Assembly (NCBI GenBank): GCA_964016885.1
Contig: OZ024749.1
Location: 16,802,001 to 16,866,000, forward strand
DNA from: Eledone cirrhosa
Taxonomy: Eukaryota
Length of the DNA stretch: 64,000 nucleotides
Direction: 5' to 3'
The notes under the pieces were generated by a model that was not told where the DNA came from, did no database searches, and worked only from the letters and a program-made list of their open reading frames with translations. A program made the position numbers and the translations under genes. This document shows, in pieces, positions 50,768-63,810 of the stretch (positions are counted from its first letter, which is position 1; every line of letters starts with the position of its first letter).

Positions 50768-53554
50768 TTATACTTCTCTTAGGTCAGTGTTGTTTGTTTG
50801 GGTGTTGTTGTTGTTCCACTCATTCTTTCTGTTTAGCTTTGGTCTTCTAATTTCTATTTCACTGGCCTCTCTGATTTGCCTATCTGCTGGGTCATTCCTA
50901 TGTTTAGATATTATTCTAATTTCTATGTTGTCTATGTTACCGTCATGATGTTGTCTAGCATGTTCGTATAGTACTGACCCGTTTTTTCGTCCTTTTAGTT
51001 CCCCCCAGTGTTGGTCTATCCTTTCACCTATGCTACGAGCTGTCTCACCTATGTATGTTGTTGTCGTGTTTCTGCAAGTACCCTCTGTACATCTTATGCT
51101 ATAGACTACGTTTCTAGTTTTACAGTTTATCCGGGGGTTCACCTTACATATGATACATTTCCTATTGGTACAGTGGGTTTTCTTAAAAGGGTAGGTTTTG
51201 CTGATCAGGGATTTTATGGTGGTTCCTGGCTTTTCTACCACCTTTATTTTTAAGTGGGTCTTTCTCAGGGCCTTTCTACACTGGTTAGCTAATTTCCCTC
51301 CAGGGGTGGCGTCCACAAACATGACACTCTGATATCTCTGGTTGTCGTACCATGATGTGGCCTTCCCTATCTTATGTCTAGCCCTATCTAAGCTATTCCA
51401 TGATTTGCTCCTGTATAGTGGGCAAATTCCTTTCATGTCCAGTTCTATGAGGGTCTTATACTTTTCCATGGCTCCTTCGTATACTCTGACTCTGTCTCTT
51501 TGGTTGTAGCCAGAGAACTGCATGCGGTTGATGAAGTGTTGGATGTGTCCTTCCATTTCTGTTGGGTCGCACATGCTGGACACATTCTTCATCACTCGTA
51601 CCAAATCTGCGATCAGAATATTAAACTTAGCACTACTGGACATTGCTGAGTTTTTGAGTATCAGGTATTTGGACGCCATGGGTTTAGCATAGTGTGAGTG
51701 GAGAATGTGGGCTCTCTCGTCTATAGTGTTAATCCAGAGTTCTGTGTCTAATACAGGTAGTCTATTGTTAGGGTGTTTGGAAGGGAAGTCTATAGTTACA
51801 GTTATACTCTGGTGTATGGAATTAGCTATCTGCTGGATGCTTTCCATCGTGCTACGTTCTAAATCAAACTTGTTAGTGCTCTCTAGTGGGGGTGTTCTTA
51901 TAACTATATTGATATCGTCTACATAACGAGAGTACATGATGAGGTCTATGGAGCTTTCATTAAGGAGATCTTTAAGTCTCCTTTCCCACCATACCATGAA
52001 AAGGTTGGCAACATCGCCAGCTATGCTGACGCCGATGGCTGCTCCCTCATTTTGGGTGTAGATTTTCTCATTGAACTTAAATATGTGGCCCTTTAGGGTA
52101 GTTTTGATACTAGCCCCTATTGCATGTGCGACCATTTTTCTTACCTGATCAGTGTTTTGGGGGGTCCGTATAGCTTTGGTCCACCCAATCCACCTTCCTA
52201 TGGGAGTCTTTTTAGCCATTGAGGTTATGGTGGGGGGTCTACCTCTTATAGGTCTACTCGGGCAGAGACATCTAAGGTCATGGCTGTCTAGGTAGTCAGT
52301 GTCGTAGGTAAGTCTAAGTAGGAGGCCCAGTTCGTCTGTGTCGACGTCGCAGAACTCCACCTCACTCTCAATAATCATCTCCACACATCTTTTCACAGCA
52401 AGATCAATGTTAATGGATGGGTACAGTGACACCACATCCATGCTGCCTATTATGCAGTTGGATAGGCTCCTGTTTTTGTTGCACTCACTGATTCTGCTGA
52501 GGAGGTCCTCTGTACTTTCACATACATCTGGGGACATCTTGATTATGGGGCGTATAACCATTGAGAGGAAGTAGGAGATCCTGTAGTTGCTAGCTATATT
52601 AGCTCCGCATACAGGTCTTGTTGGTGGTCCTGTTGTCGGGTCGTCGACTGTCTTGTGGTCTTTGCGGAGCCCATACAAGGGTGGTATGCCATTGTTAGAC
52701 GCCTGGAAGTTGTTGGCAGTGCGTCTGCTTGGCTTTAGGATGTCAGTCCACATCATCATGTGAGCGTTGAGGATTTTTTCTCTCCCATCGTGTGTTAGTT
52801 GTGCAACTTCGCTCGTGTTGGTGATGTGGGGTTGCATTGCCTCGATGTAGTTCGGCATGCTATCTATTGACATCCTACCAGACTTATCTGTGGGTAGACA
52901 CACTACCTCACCATCCCTTGTGCGCTGCTTGAGGCTAACCAAGCCTTCTACAGGTTTTATCCCAAGTTGTTGGGCCTCTGGTCTGCTCTGTCTCATAGTG
53001 TACCTGTCTACTACTTGTCTAATCTTATTTCTAGCTATGGTGAACTGTGCCTCCGTCTCGTCATCTATTTGTTGTGGTATGCAAACTCTTTTATTAAAGG
53101 GTAACCTCGTAGGATAGATATTACCCATCTTATATGTTTTGTCAGCTGGGTTGAAAAATAGTTTCTCTAAGGGGTTGTCGTTATTTCTATCGTCATAGTT
53201 GTGTGTGTTGCTATTATTATTATCATGGTGGTTGTTGTTGTTTCTATCATTAGCATTAATATTATTATTGTTATGATTGCTAGATGTATTGTTGTTTACT
53301 TCACCGTTATTGTTGTTGTTGTTACTGCTATTTCTACCATTGTGGTTGTTACTATTATTATGTTTCTTGTTTTTGTTGATGTTGCTACATGTACTATTTC
53401 CATTATTACCACTGTGGTTATTGTTGTTGTTGTTGTTCGTATTGTTACCGTTATTACTACTGTGGTCACTGTTGCTGTGTCTGTGGTTAACGTTTCTATT
53501 ATTATTATTATTGTGGTTGTTGTTGTTCTGTCTATCGCTAGTATTATTACCAAA
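50768..53554 (-). CDS. PLE polyprotein, 5'-truncated: Asn-rich region, RT, Cys linker, GIY-YIG
   Basis: 786 aa from Met 53128 ([39 protein letters not shown]); the frame reads open ~140 codons further upstream. Confidence 0.88.
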   Translation of the reverse strand, partial: FGNNTSDRQNNNNHNNNNNRNVNHRHSNSDHSSNNGNNTNNNNNNNHSGNNGNSTCSNINKNKKHNNSNNHNGRNSSNNNNNNGEVNNNTSSNHNNNNINANDRNNNNHHDNNNSNTHNYDDRNNDNPLEKLFFNPADKTYKMGNIYPTRLPFNKRVCIPQQIDDETEAQFTIARNKIRQVVDRYTMRQSRPEAQQLGIKPVEGLVSLKQRTRDGEVVCLPTDKSGRMSIDSMPNYIEAMQPHITNTSEVAQLTHDGREKILNAHMMMWTDILKPSRRTANNFQASNNGIPPLYGLRKDHKTVDDPTTGPPTRPVCGANIASNYRISYFLSMVIRPIIKMSPDVCESTEDLLSRISECNKNRSLSNCIIGSMDVVSLYPSINIDLAVKRCVEMIIESEVEFCDVDTDELGLLLRLTYDTDYLDSHDLRCLCPSRPIRGRPPTITSMAKKTPIGRWIGWTKAIRTPQNTDQVRKMVAHAIGASIKTTLKGHIFKFNEKIYTQNEGAAIGVSIAGDVANLFMVWWERRLKDLLNESSIDLIMYSRYVDDINIVIRTPPLESTNKFDLERSTMESIQQIANSIHQSITVTIDFPSKHPNNRLPVLDTELWINTIDERAHILHSHYAKPMASKYLILKNSAMSSSAKFNILIADLVRVMKNVSSMCDPTEMEGHIQHFINRMQFSGYNQRDRVRVYEGAMEKYKTLIELDMKGICPLYRSKSWNSLDRARHKIGKATSWYDNQRYQSVMFVDATPGGKLANQCRKALRKTHLKIKVVEKPGTTIKSLISKTYPFKKTHCTNRKCIICKVNPRINCKTRNVVYSIRCTEGTCRNTTTTYIGETARSIGERIDQHWGELKGRKNGSVLYEHARQHHDGNIDNIEIRIISKHRNDPADRQIREASEIEIRRPKLNRKNEWNNNNTQTNNTDLREV

Positions 53555-54300
53555 TAAAGGTGGTAGAAAAGCCAGGAACCACCATAAAATCCCTGATCAG
53601 CAAAACCTACCCTTTTAAGAAAACCCACTGTACCAATAGGAAATGTATCATATGTAAGGTGAACCCCCGGATAAACTGTAAAACTAGAAACGTAGTCTAT
53701 AGCATAAGATGTACAGAGGGTACTTGCAGAAACACGACAACAACATACATAGGTGAGACAGCTCGTAGCATAGGTGAAAGGATAGACCAACACTGGGGGG
53801 AACTAAAAGGACGAAAAAACGGGTCAGTACTATACGAACATGCTAGACAACATCATGACGGTAACATAGACAACATAGAAATTAGAATAATATCTAAACA
53901 TAGGAATGACCCAGCAGATAGGCAAATCAGAGAGGCCAGTGAAATAGAAATTAGAAGACCAAAGCTAAACAGAAAGAATGAGTGGAACAACAACAACACC
54001 CAAACAAACAACACTGACCTAAGAGAAGTATAAATAAATAAGTAAATTAAATTAAATAAAATAAGATAAATAAATACATACACAAGCACATAAACACACA
54101 CTAGTCACCCAGCAGACACAACACTATACACACTAGTCACACATCACACATAACACTATACACACACGCAAACGCATGCGCAAAGAAGACAAAATAAAAT
54201 AAGATAAACAAACAAGCAAATAAATAAATAAATATATAGACAGACTGAACAAAAAAAAATGGCGTAGACATACAACACAACAGGAGGAACAATGAATATA

Positions 54301-54343
54301 ACACCACTGACGATGTTGCAGATGTGCAACGAAAGATTTATGT
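54301..54343 (+). ncRNA. Type I hammerhead in inverted pLTR
   Basis: Mirror of 50458-50500. Confidence 0.72.
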
Positions 54344-54599
54344 AAACTATATATATATGTGTTTGTCTATATTGTATCTGTATTATTTTTGACCGCCGGT
54401 CAGTCAATGGCAACATTGAGGACCGAGTAAGTTAGATCGCAGATATATATATATAAAAGACAGCGAGAAGCGAAAACCAACCAAACAGTGAGTGTGTTCT
54501 GTTATTAATTCTGGCAATATTACGCAAATATGACCCTCCCCAAATATAACAATATATATATATATATATACATATATATTTATATACATATATATATAC

Positions 54600-54648
<49 letters not shown>

Positions 54649-54649
54649 C

Positions 54650-54695
<46 letters not shown>

Positions 54696-54773
54696 GTATA
54701 TATATACATATATATACATATATATATATACATATATATATATACATATATATATATACATATATATATATAC

Positions 54774-54820
<47 letters not shown>

Positions 54821-54837
54821 CATATATATATATATAC

Positions 54838-54885
<48 letters not shown>

Positions 54886-55030
54886 GTATATATATATATG
54901 TATATATATACACATATATATGTATATATATACACACATATATATATATATACATATATATACATATATATATATATATACATATATATACATATATATA
55001 TATATACATATATATATATACATATATATA

Positions 55031-55901
55031 TGGTCTATCCTTTCACCTATGCTACGAGCTGTCTCACCTATGTATGTTGTTGTCATGTTTCTGCAAGTAC
55101 CCTCTGTACATCTTATGCTATAGACTACGTTTCTAGTTTTACAGTTTATCCGGGGGTTCACCTTACATATGATACATTTCCTATTGGTACAGTGGGTTTT
55201 CTTAAAAGGGTAGGTTTTGCTGATCAGGGATTTTATGGTGGTTCCTGGCTTTTCTACCACCTTTATTTTTAAGTGGGTCTTTCTCAGGGCCTTTCTACAC
55301 TGGTTAGCTAATTTCCCTCCAGGGGTAGCGTCCACAAACATGACACTCTGGTATCTCTGGTTGTCGTACCATGAGGTGGCTTTCCCTATCTTATGTCTAG
55401 CCCTATCTAAGCTATTCCATGATTTGCTCCTGTATAATGGGCAAATTCCTTTCATATCCAGTTCTATGAGGGTCTTATACTTCTCCATGGCTCCTTCGTA
55501 TACTCTGATTCTGTCTCTTTGGTTGTAGCCAGAGAACTGCATGCGGTTGATGAAGTGTTGGATGTGTCTTTCCATTTCTGTTGGGTCGCACATGCCGGAC
55601 ACATTCTTCATCACTCGTACCAAGTCTGCGATCAGAATATTAAACTTAGCACTACTGGACATTGCTGAGTTTTTGAGTATCAGGTATTTGGAGGCCATGG
55701 GTTTAGCATAGTGTGAGTAGAGAATTTGGGCTCTCTCGTCTATAGTGTTAATCCAGAGTTCTGTGTCTAACACAGGTAGTCTATTGTTAGGGTGTTTGGA
55801 AGGGAAGTCGATAGTTACAGTTATACTCTGGTGTATGGAATTAGCTATCTGCTGGATGTTTTCCATCGTGCTACGTTCTATATCAAACTTGTTAGTGCTC
55901 T
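55031..55901 (-). mobile_element. Internal fragment of the same PLE family as 50191-54553
   Basis: Near-identical to 51012-51882. Confidence 0.92.
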
Positions 55902-56487
55902 TGTATGTGCGCTTGTTATATACGTATTTATTTATTTATATACGTTTATATAATTATTTATTTATTTGTATACACGCATACACACACACATATTTATATG
56001 TGCGTGGTTTTGTATACCTATGGTAAGTGGTTTGCGTATGCTTGTGTATGTACGTATTTGTTTGCGTGTATGTATTTATTTATTTCTATTACTTCTGTAT
56101 TGTATTTATTTACTTTGTTCTTAACTCTGTAGCGGAGATTTATTCGGTCTCCTAGTTAGAATTTTAGTCTACGACTTCTGCTATACCATTTACGTGGTTT
56201 TGTCTTTGCGTGCTATTGTTCTCCACGCTCCACATATGACGTATTATCTTCGTTTTTTTTTCGTTCATTGCCAGAGAACGTCTCTATGAACCACCTAAGA
56301 GAACATTAGTCTACGACCTCTTTTATACCATAAACGTGGTTCTGTCTTTGCGCGTAATTGTTTTTCACCGCTCGTATTAATGACGTATTATATTCGTTTT
56401 TTCCCGTTCTTTGCCAGCGAACGTTTCCACGAACCAAAGTATCATCTTCCTGTCTTCCTCCGGTTGCAACGTTTTTTGAAATTGTTA

Positions 56488-56536
56488 GTTTCAGAAGATC
56501 CCGTTAAGGGTGAAAGCAGCGATTCTTTGCTTAAAC
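56488..56536 (+). ncRNA. Type I hammerhead-like motif (CAGAAGA core) after a ~143-bp degenerate tandem repeat (56163-56437)
   Basis: gttt-CAGAAGA-t CCC gttaa GGG t-GAAA-GCA..TGC-TT-aaac. Confidence 0.6.
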
Positions 56537-56644
56537 ATTAATCTGTTATTTTAATAAATATTTGCTCTACGGTTCTTATATATTTGATATATATTTATCC
56601 TTATCGAGCCCTCTTTGGATTTTAGTCTTCAAATTTATTATTAT

Positions 56645-56745
<101 letters not shown>

Positions 56746-56786
56746 TATATATATACATATATATATATACATATATATATATATAC

Positions 56787-56853
<67 letters not shown>

Positions 56854-56894
56854 CATATATATATGTATATACATATATATACATATATATATAC

Positions 56895-57045
<151 letters not shown>

Positions 57046-57059
57046 TACATATATATATA

Positions 57060-57975
57060 TATATCATAAAACATGTCTTAGAATCATCAGATATTAAAAT
57101 ATATACTATTTCTTCTTCTAATTAGCATAATTAACGATATACAAAATCAAATCTAGCAAGCTTTAAGAATAAATTTTCATATGGGGAAATCTCTGACAAA
57201 CAATCGACCGTAGCCTCTTCGCGGCAGCCCCGTTCCATTATTTATCGAACATTTCGACAGCATGCAGACTTCGACCAAATATACCATCAACCACACACAA
57301 TTAGTAGTAAAATTAAACTTAGAAGAAATGCGCACATACCGTAATTATATCCCTACCATGGTTTCTTCCTTATTTAGGACATCCAAATAATATGGAATGC
57401 CAGAGTTAGTTTCATCAGGGGATAAACTCAAAATCAGACATTTAGTTTTTCAATCCGATCGCGCCAAATTTAGATTAAAAAATGGCTAAATCGCTATGTA
57501 GCTGTGTTCCAGCCAGAGAGAAAGAGTGTGATTGGTTGCTTATGGCGGGTAGGCTTGCTGCTAGAAAGCGCAGCCGTATATCGCCAAATTTAATCTCAAC
57601 CAATTGGGAGATTATTAAATATAAGGGTTATCATATACATAAAATTAAATATATATATATGTTGCAACTGTTCACTTTTAAGCTCTATGAAGAATTAATA
57701 AATTAAAATAAAAAAATCAGAGCATTATATCATAAAACATGTCTTTTAGAATCATCAGATATTAAAATATATACTATTTCTTCTTCTAATTAGCATAATT
57801 AACGATATACAAAATCAAATCTAGCAAGCTTTAAGAATAAATTTTCATATGGGGAAATCTCTGACAAACAATCGACCGTAGCCTCTTCGCGGCAGCCCCG
57901 TTCCATTATTTATCGAACATTTCGACAGCATGCAGACTTCGACCAAATATACCATCAACCACACACAATTAGTAG

Positions 57976-57977
<2 letters not shown>
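57060..57977 (-). mobile_element. Retrozyme-like ORF-less element: ~667-bp unit with ~250-bp terminal redundancy
   Basis: 57060-57309 matches 57726-57977 (2-bp indel); HHR at 57348-57424; (TA)n both sides. Confidence 0.75.
57348..57424 (-). ncRNA. Type I hammerhead with extended stem II
   Basis: tatccc-CTGATGA-..ggcattcca/tggatgtc..-GAAA-CCATGG-TA-gggata. Confidence 0.72.
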
Positions 57978-58007
<30 letters not shown>

Positions 58008-58070
58008 CACATATATATATATATATGTATACATATATATATATATACATACATATATATACATATATAC

Positions 58071-58101
<31 letters not shown>

Positions 58102-58128
58102 GATATATATATACATATATATATATAC

Positions 58129-58159
<31 letters not shown>

Positions 58160-58461
58160 CATATATATACATATATATATATATACATATATATATACAT
58201 ATATATATATGCATATATATATATATAGAGAGAGATTACAGTACTCAAAGTTCAGTTTAAATCATTTATTTGCTTACAATTGTTTCCTCAAACCGAGGTT
58301 TGGATTCTTCGGAGCAACTATTTAGTGATCTATAACATACTTGACCTCCTTTTCAACAGACATATAAAGAGACATATAAAACATACGCACATATTGATCC
58401 ACCGTGGGATGACATCCATCAAAATGATATAGCATAGCAATTTACATATAAAGGTTAAAGG

Positions 58462-58663
58462 ATAAAAATAAAAATAAAAATAAAAATAAAAATAAAAATA
58501 AAAATAAAAATAAAAATAAAAATAAAAATAAAAATAAAAATAAAAATAAAAATAAAAATAAAAATAAAAATAAAAATAAAAATAAAAATAAAAATAAAAA
58601 TAAAAATAATAAAAATAAAAATAAAAATAAAAATAAAAATAAAAATAAAAATAAAAATAAAAA
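58462..58663. repeat. (ATAAAA)n hexanucleotide microsatellite
   Basis: Direct reading. Confidence 0.98.
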
Positions 58664-60252
58664 TGAAGCATTGGCAGTCTATGAAGATAAAGCAAGAGGA
58701 AAGTTTAGAGTAGTCAGTGTATGAAACAATCTCACGTGTAGCATGCACGCGTGTCTTATTTATACAGGATTAGAGTGCGTCAGAATGTTATTCGCAGGGT
58801 CAGGCAGTTGAAGCAGGCAATCGATATTATTATGTGGGCTGAATTATTAAATCATTTATTCGCATACACCTGTATGATATACAGTCCCGAATGTAGAGAA
58901 ACACCAAAATATCTAAAATTTCAAACATATTATAAACCGTATTATATCGTAGGCAAAACAGTACCACTGTCTTCGCGCACACCACCACTCACATAATCCA
59001 TGAGACGCAATATATAGAACACGGGTCTATCATATAATTCACGATGGTTCAGCATACAACCAAGTTATAAACCGTATCTTGTCGATTCTTAATTAATAGA
59101 TCATTTTGTTTAGTTTGTGTGATGATATATATTCCGGAAGTGTGTGTATGACCAAGGGGAATTAATGCGTAAGTGGAGGTAACTAGCTGGTTTTCTTAGT
59201 TAAATTTATTATCCTAAATTACATTAATGGTGTTCAAATAAGTGCCTATCATATGATGTTATAACTAATTTCTAGATTATGTTACTTATTTATAGGTTAC
59301 AGTGTTGTCTATTAAGAAGTACTAAAGGTGTATATATCAGGATGATTACCTTCTATTAAGGGGTGTCATATCTGAACATTCTATAAGAGGAGTCAGACCA
59401 CCAAATCAATGTTCTTTGTAAATGTAATTCCTCCCGCAGGACCTGGCATGGTCCTATTATTATATATGACTCCCGTAGGCTCTGGGTCATTGTATGTCTG
59501 AATACTTGGTAAATCTGAATATCTTCAGGATGGCCCGGAGATCAAATTTCTCATATAAAGACACCAGTCTGGCCACCAAGCAATACATAAACTCCCATCT
59601 CACATATAAATTAAATTAGGTATCTTATCTACAAATTAGAGTGGAGTCTATTAATAAGTACTAAAGGAGTTCATATCATGATGATTACAATCTAATATGG
59701 AGTGCCACACCTGGACAATCTATAAAAAGAGTCAGACTACAAAATTAATTATATGGGTCTCACTACTAATAATGGTCTTATTATCATACAAGACTCCCGG
59801 AAAGTTTCAGGTCATTGTATGACTGCATCCCCGGTAAATTCACCAGGGTGGTCCGGGGGCCATTTCTCTCATCAAAAGATACCAATCAGGTCATCAAGCA
59901 ACACAGAAACTCCTAACTCATGTATTACCTGTGCATAATTCATTGAACTGATCGTATAGAGTATATAATCACATAACAATAAGATTACCTACCTAATCAT
60001 CAATCTATCTCATGGTGGCATTCCATGCACAGGACTATGTTAGCACAACCAATACCGTGTCTACAGTTTATATTAATCATATATTTGTGCAATGCAGTTT
60101 AAGTAATTCACGGCCGAGATATCAGAATTAGAAGTACATGGGGGTATCCCCAGGGTAGATGGTACTAAAATGCTGCCAGTATTACCCTTAGAGTATATAA
60201 ATGGGTGTGGAGATGAGGTGTAAGGTGTGCTACTGATGCTAATTGCTAGGGG

Positions 60253-60334
<82 letters not shown>

Positions 60335-60733
60335 TTAGAAAGTGAGGTTTTTTTTACAAAATGAAAAATAACCGAGGTGTCCTACACGAGTGAAAGTATA
60401 AAGAAAAAGAGATGAAATCGAAAATGCAACTGGAGTCTTATTTAAAAAAAATATATATATATATTTATTTGGTTCCTTTACCGGTTTCGCAATTCTTCTG
60501 CTTTTCAAAAGGTGAGTTGAGATGGAGGGTCTGTGGTTTTTCTCACATCTGGTTGGTCTCTCAATGTTACTTGTTTTATTATGGAAAAAGTGGCTCGAAA
60601 TGCCAGGTTTTTCGAGAAGTAATTTGATTGGTTTGTCAATAATTATAATAAATTTCGCGCCAGTTCGCGTTACAATAGTTCTTCAAATAAGAGGGGGGGG
60701 GGGGTTGTCACAGGTTGTTTTTTCATATATGAG

Positions 60734-61037
60734 TGTTTGAATTTCTTTTTACTTGAAAAAAGGGGCTCACGAAGGTTTTTTTTTGGTTGGTTATAAATGA
60801 AATTATGGCTGTCACGTGAACAAGTTTTCATTAAATTTTCGTGTCCTTATTTGGAAATCCATTCTGTAGCCTTTTTAGAGAATTTTATGATAAGTGAAAG
60901 ATAATGGTCAAGAGAAAGGGATGGGAGAATTGTTCTGGTTCAGTGAATATGGTTAGTTCGCTGGGGTGTCAGAATTCAGATTTTCTATTGAATAAAGAAA
61001 GTAAAGATATGTATGTTTATTTGTGTGCTTGTGTGTC

Positions 61038-61068
<31 letters not shown>

Positions 61069-61345
61069 TTGAATTTCTTTACTTTAAAAAAAGGTGGCTC
61101 ACGAAGGCTTTTTTTTAATAAACGTGATTTGATTGGTTATAAATGAAATTTTGCTGTCACGTGAACAAGTTTTCATTACATTTTTGCGCCCTTATTTGGA
61201 AATCTATTCTGTAGCCTTTATAGAGAATGTTATGAGAATGGAAAGATAGTGGTCAAGAGAAATGGGATTGGGAGAATTGTTCTGGTTCAGTGAATATGGT
61301 TAGTTCGCTGGGGTGTCAGAGTTCAGATTTTCTATTGAAGTAAAG
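60734..61345. repeat. Two ~330-bp degenerate tandem copies
   Basis: 60734-61010 is similar to 61064-61345. Confidence 0.85.
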
Positions 61346-61358
61346 ATATGTATGTTTA

Positions 61359-61402
<44 letters not shown>

Positions 61403-61666
61403 TATTGGAAGATGATTCTATTAGTAGAAATGGGGGAGGGAGTTGTGTGTGTATATGGGTGTTATGTGTGTGTGTGCGAGTATGTTAAGATGGAGAGAAT
61501 ATATATTTTGTGTGTGTGTATATATGTGTGTAGGAAAGTGGTTCTATTAGTAGAAATGGGGGAGGGGAGTTGTGAGTGTGGGGGTTGTTATGTGTGTGTA
61601 TGGGTGTTATGTGTGTGGGAGTATGGTTAGCATGTTAAGATGAAGAGAATATATATATATATATAT

Positions 61667-61717
<51 letters not shown>

Positions 61718-61836
61718 GAAAATGATTCCTTTAGTAGGAATATTTTTGAATGAACATATTTTCCTTACTTATTCGTATTTGTTCTGTTGTATTGTCAGTG
61801 CAAATGTATGTTAAGGTTTATTTAGTTCGGGTTTTT

Positions 61837-62508
61837 ACGTTTTGTGTTTATCATATATTTTAATGTATTTAACTGCTCGGAAATGCCCCTTTTCTTGGAG
61901 CTGGATTATTGTAAACGACTGAGAGTTTATTCTCAAAATATAATATAGTATATTGCTCCTTAACTGTAGAGCTGATCTTTAATCCCGCATAAACGGCTGT
62001 TATTTCTAGCACCGGGAATGCGGGACGGCTAATTTGGCCTGGCTACACACGTGTAGTCAGACCTGCTAAATTTTTGAGGTGAAATATACTAATTTTACTG
62101 GGTTCCTGTTGATAAGCACAGAAGATTTGGATATTTCACTTTTTATTTCTATTCCATTTCGATTCTCTTTATTTTTCAATTCACGTACCACCGTTGCGAA
62201 ACGGATTTAGGTTTCGAGGTTCAAATTCATCTACGGAGCAGGTTTGGATTTTGAAATTTAAATTTGTCCAGGAACCATGGCCTTTGCCAATATAAGCTTG
62301 TCTTTATTGACTTATATCGAGACAGACAAATTGTATTCACTTTAATTAGTTTATTTCATTAATAGCTAACTTTGTCTGTTACAATGCAAACACGTTTTGT
62401 GTTTATCATATATTTTAATGTATTTAACTGCTCGGAAATGCCCCTTTTCTTGGAGCTGGATTATTGTAAACGACTGAGAGTTTATTCTCAAAATATAATA
62501 TAGTATAT
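61837..62508 (+). mobile_element. Retrozyme-like ORF-less element: 555-bp unit with 117-bp terminal redundancy
   Basis: 61837-61953 matches 62392-62508; HHR at 62101-62276; ends in (TA)n. Confidence 0.75.
62101..62276 (+). ncRNA. Type I hammerhead, U3-A8 core, 26-bp stem III
   Basis: ggttcctg-TTGATAA-GCA..TGC-GAAA-[62202-62227/62241-62266]-TC-caggaacc. Confidence 0.85.
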
Positions 62509-62641
62509 ATATATATATATACATCATCTATATATATATAAAGAATTAATATATCTACTAACATATATATATACAGATGCATACCTATGCTAGCAAATAT
62601 ATAGGTTTTGTCTTAGTAACTTTGTGGTTCAATGCATTACG

Positions 62642-62731
<90 letters not shown>

Positions 62732-62795
62732 CATCATCATCATCATCATCATCATCATTTTACGTCCGCTTTTCCCTGCTTGCAAGGGTGGGACG
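62732..62795 (-). mobile_element. Ultra-short RTE family B 3'-end insertion
   Basis: Reverse complement of 33096-33157. Confidence 0.85.
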
Positions 62796-62868
62796 TATAT
62801 GTATGCGTTGGGCACGAAGCGAAATATTTACTTACTGTAGGGCTGGCAACCTTATGGTGTGGAAATAA

Positions 62869-62949
62869 GCTGTCTGAATATTCATTTCTTTCCATTGGAG
62901 ATTCTCTGGATTTCCAATCTTTTGGAATGATGAAACCGTCGGTAACAGC
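62869..62949 (+). ncRNA. Type I hammerhead with extended stem II, G8U core defect
   Basis: gctgt-CTGAATA-t TCATTT..GAATGA t-GAAA-CCGTCGG-TA-acagc. Confidence 0.65.
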
Positions 62950-63108
62950 AATAGAACAGGTGATTATTTAAATCATTTTTTAATTTATTTAGAGAACTGT
63001 TTGATAACCGCTTGTTCCGCTATTTTTATATTGTTCTGGTATCTCAAATTAGTACCATTGAACCACAAATATTATAAACACCTTGCATATTTCTACAAGT
63101 ACATAATG

Positions 63109-63172
<64 letters not shown>

Positions 63173-63209
63173 TATATACATATACATATATATATACATA
63201 TATATATAC

Positions 63210-63240
<31 letters not shown>

Positions 63241-63341
63241 CATATATATATACATATATATATACATATATATATACATATATATACATATATATATATA
63301 CATATATATATATATACATATATACATATATACATATATAC

Positions 63342-63372
<31 letters not shown>

Positions 63373-63402
63373 CCAATATATATATATAGACATATATATA
63401 TG

Positions 63403-63456
<54 letters not shown>

Positions 63457-63718
63457 CATATATATATGTATATATATACATATATATATATATACATATA
63501 TACATATATATATATATACATATATAAATATACATATATATATATATATATATACATATATATATGTATATATATACATATATATATATACATATATATA
63601 TATATATTATATATATACATATATATATATATACATATATATATATGTATATATATATACATATATATATATATATACATATATATATGTATATATATAC
63701 ATATATATATATATATAC

Positions 63719-63763
<45 letters not shown>

Positions 63764-63764
63764 C

Positions 63765-63810
<46 letters not shown>

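Larger units (their letters stand above)
50191..54553. mobile_element. Young Neptune-like PLE (minus, 50191-53556) with a ~1-kb inverted 3' arm (plus, 53557-54553)
   Basis: Open RT/GIY-YIG ORF; arms appear identical; (TA)n both sides. Confidence 0.95.

Noticed and set aside
53201-53618. Hydrophobic Val/Ile/Leu-rich ORFs resembling membrane proteins
   Set aside because: Antisense readings of the Asn-rich PLE region
58330-58748. Phe-Tyr and Phe-Ile repeat ORFs
   Set aside because: Translations of the hexanucleotide microsatellite
58656-58761. Possible HHR remnant (gcattggc/gtcagtgt, GAAACA..TGTC) next to the (ATAAAA)n tract
   Set aside because: CUGANGA core absent; stem I relies on microsatellite sequence
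60470-60692. Minus-strand hammerhead halves (TTGAAGA or TTGACAA ... GAAACCGGTA) with internal hairpins
   Set aside because: Could not build a convincing stem I or stem II base; at best a decayed copy
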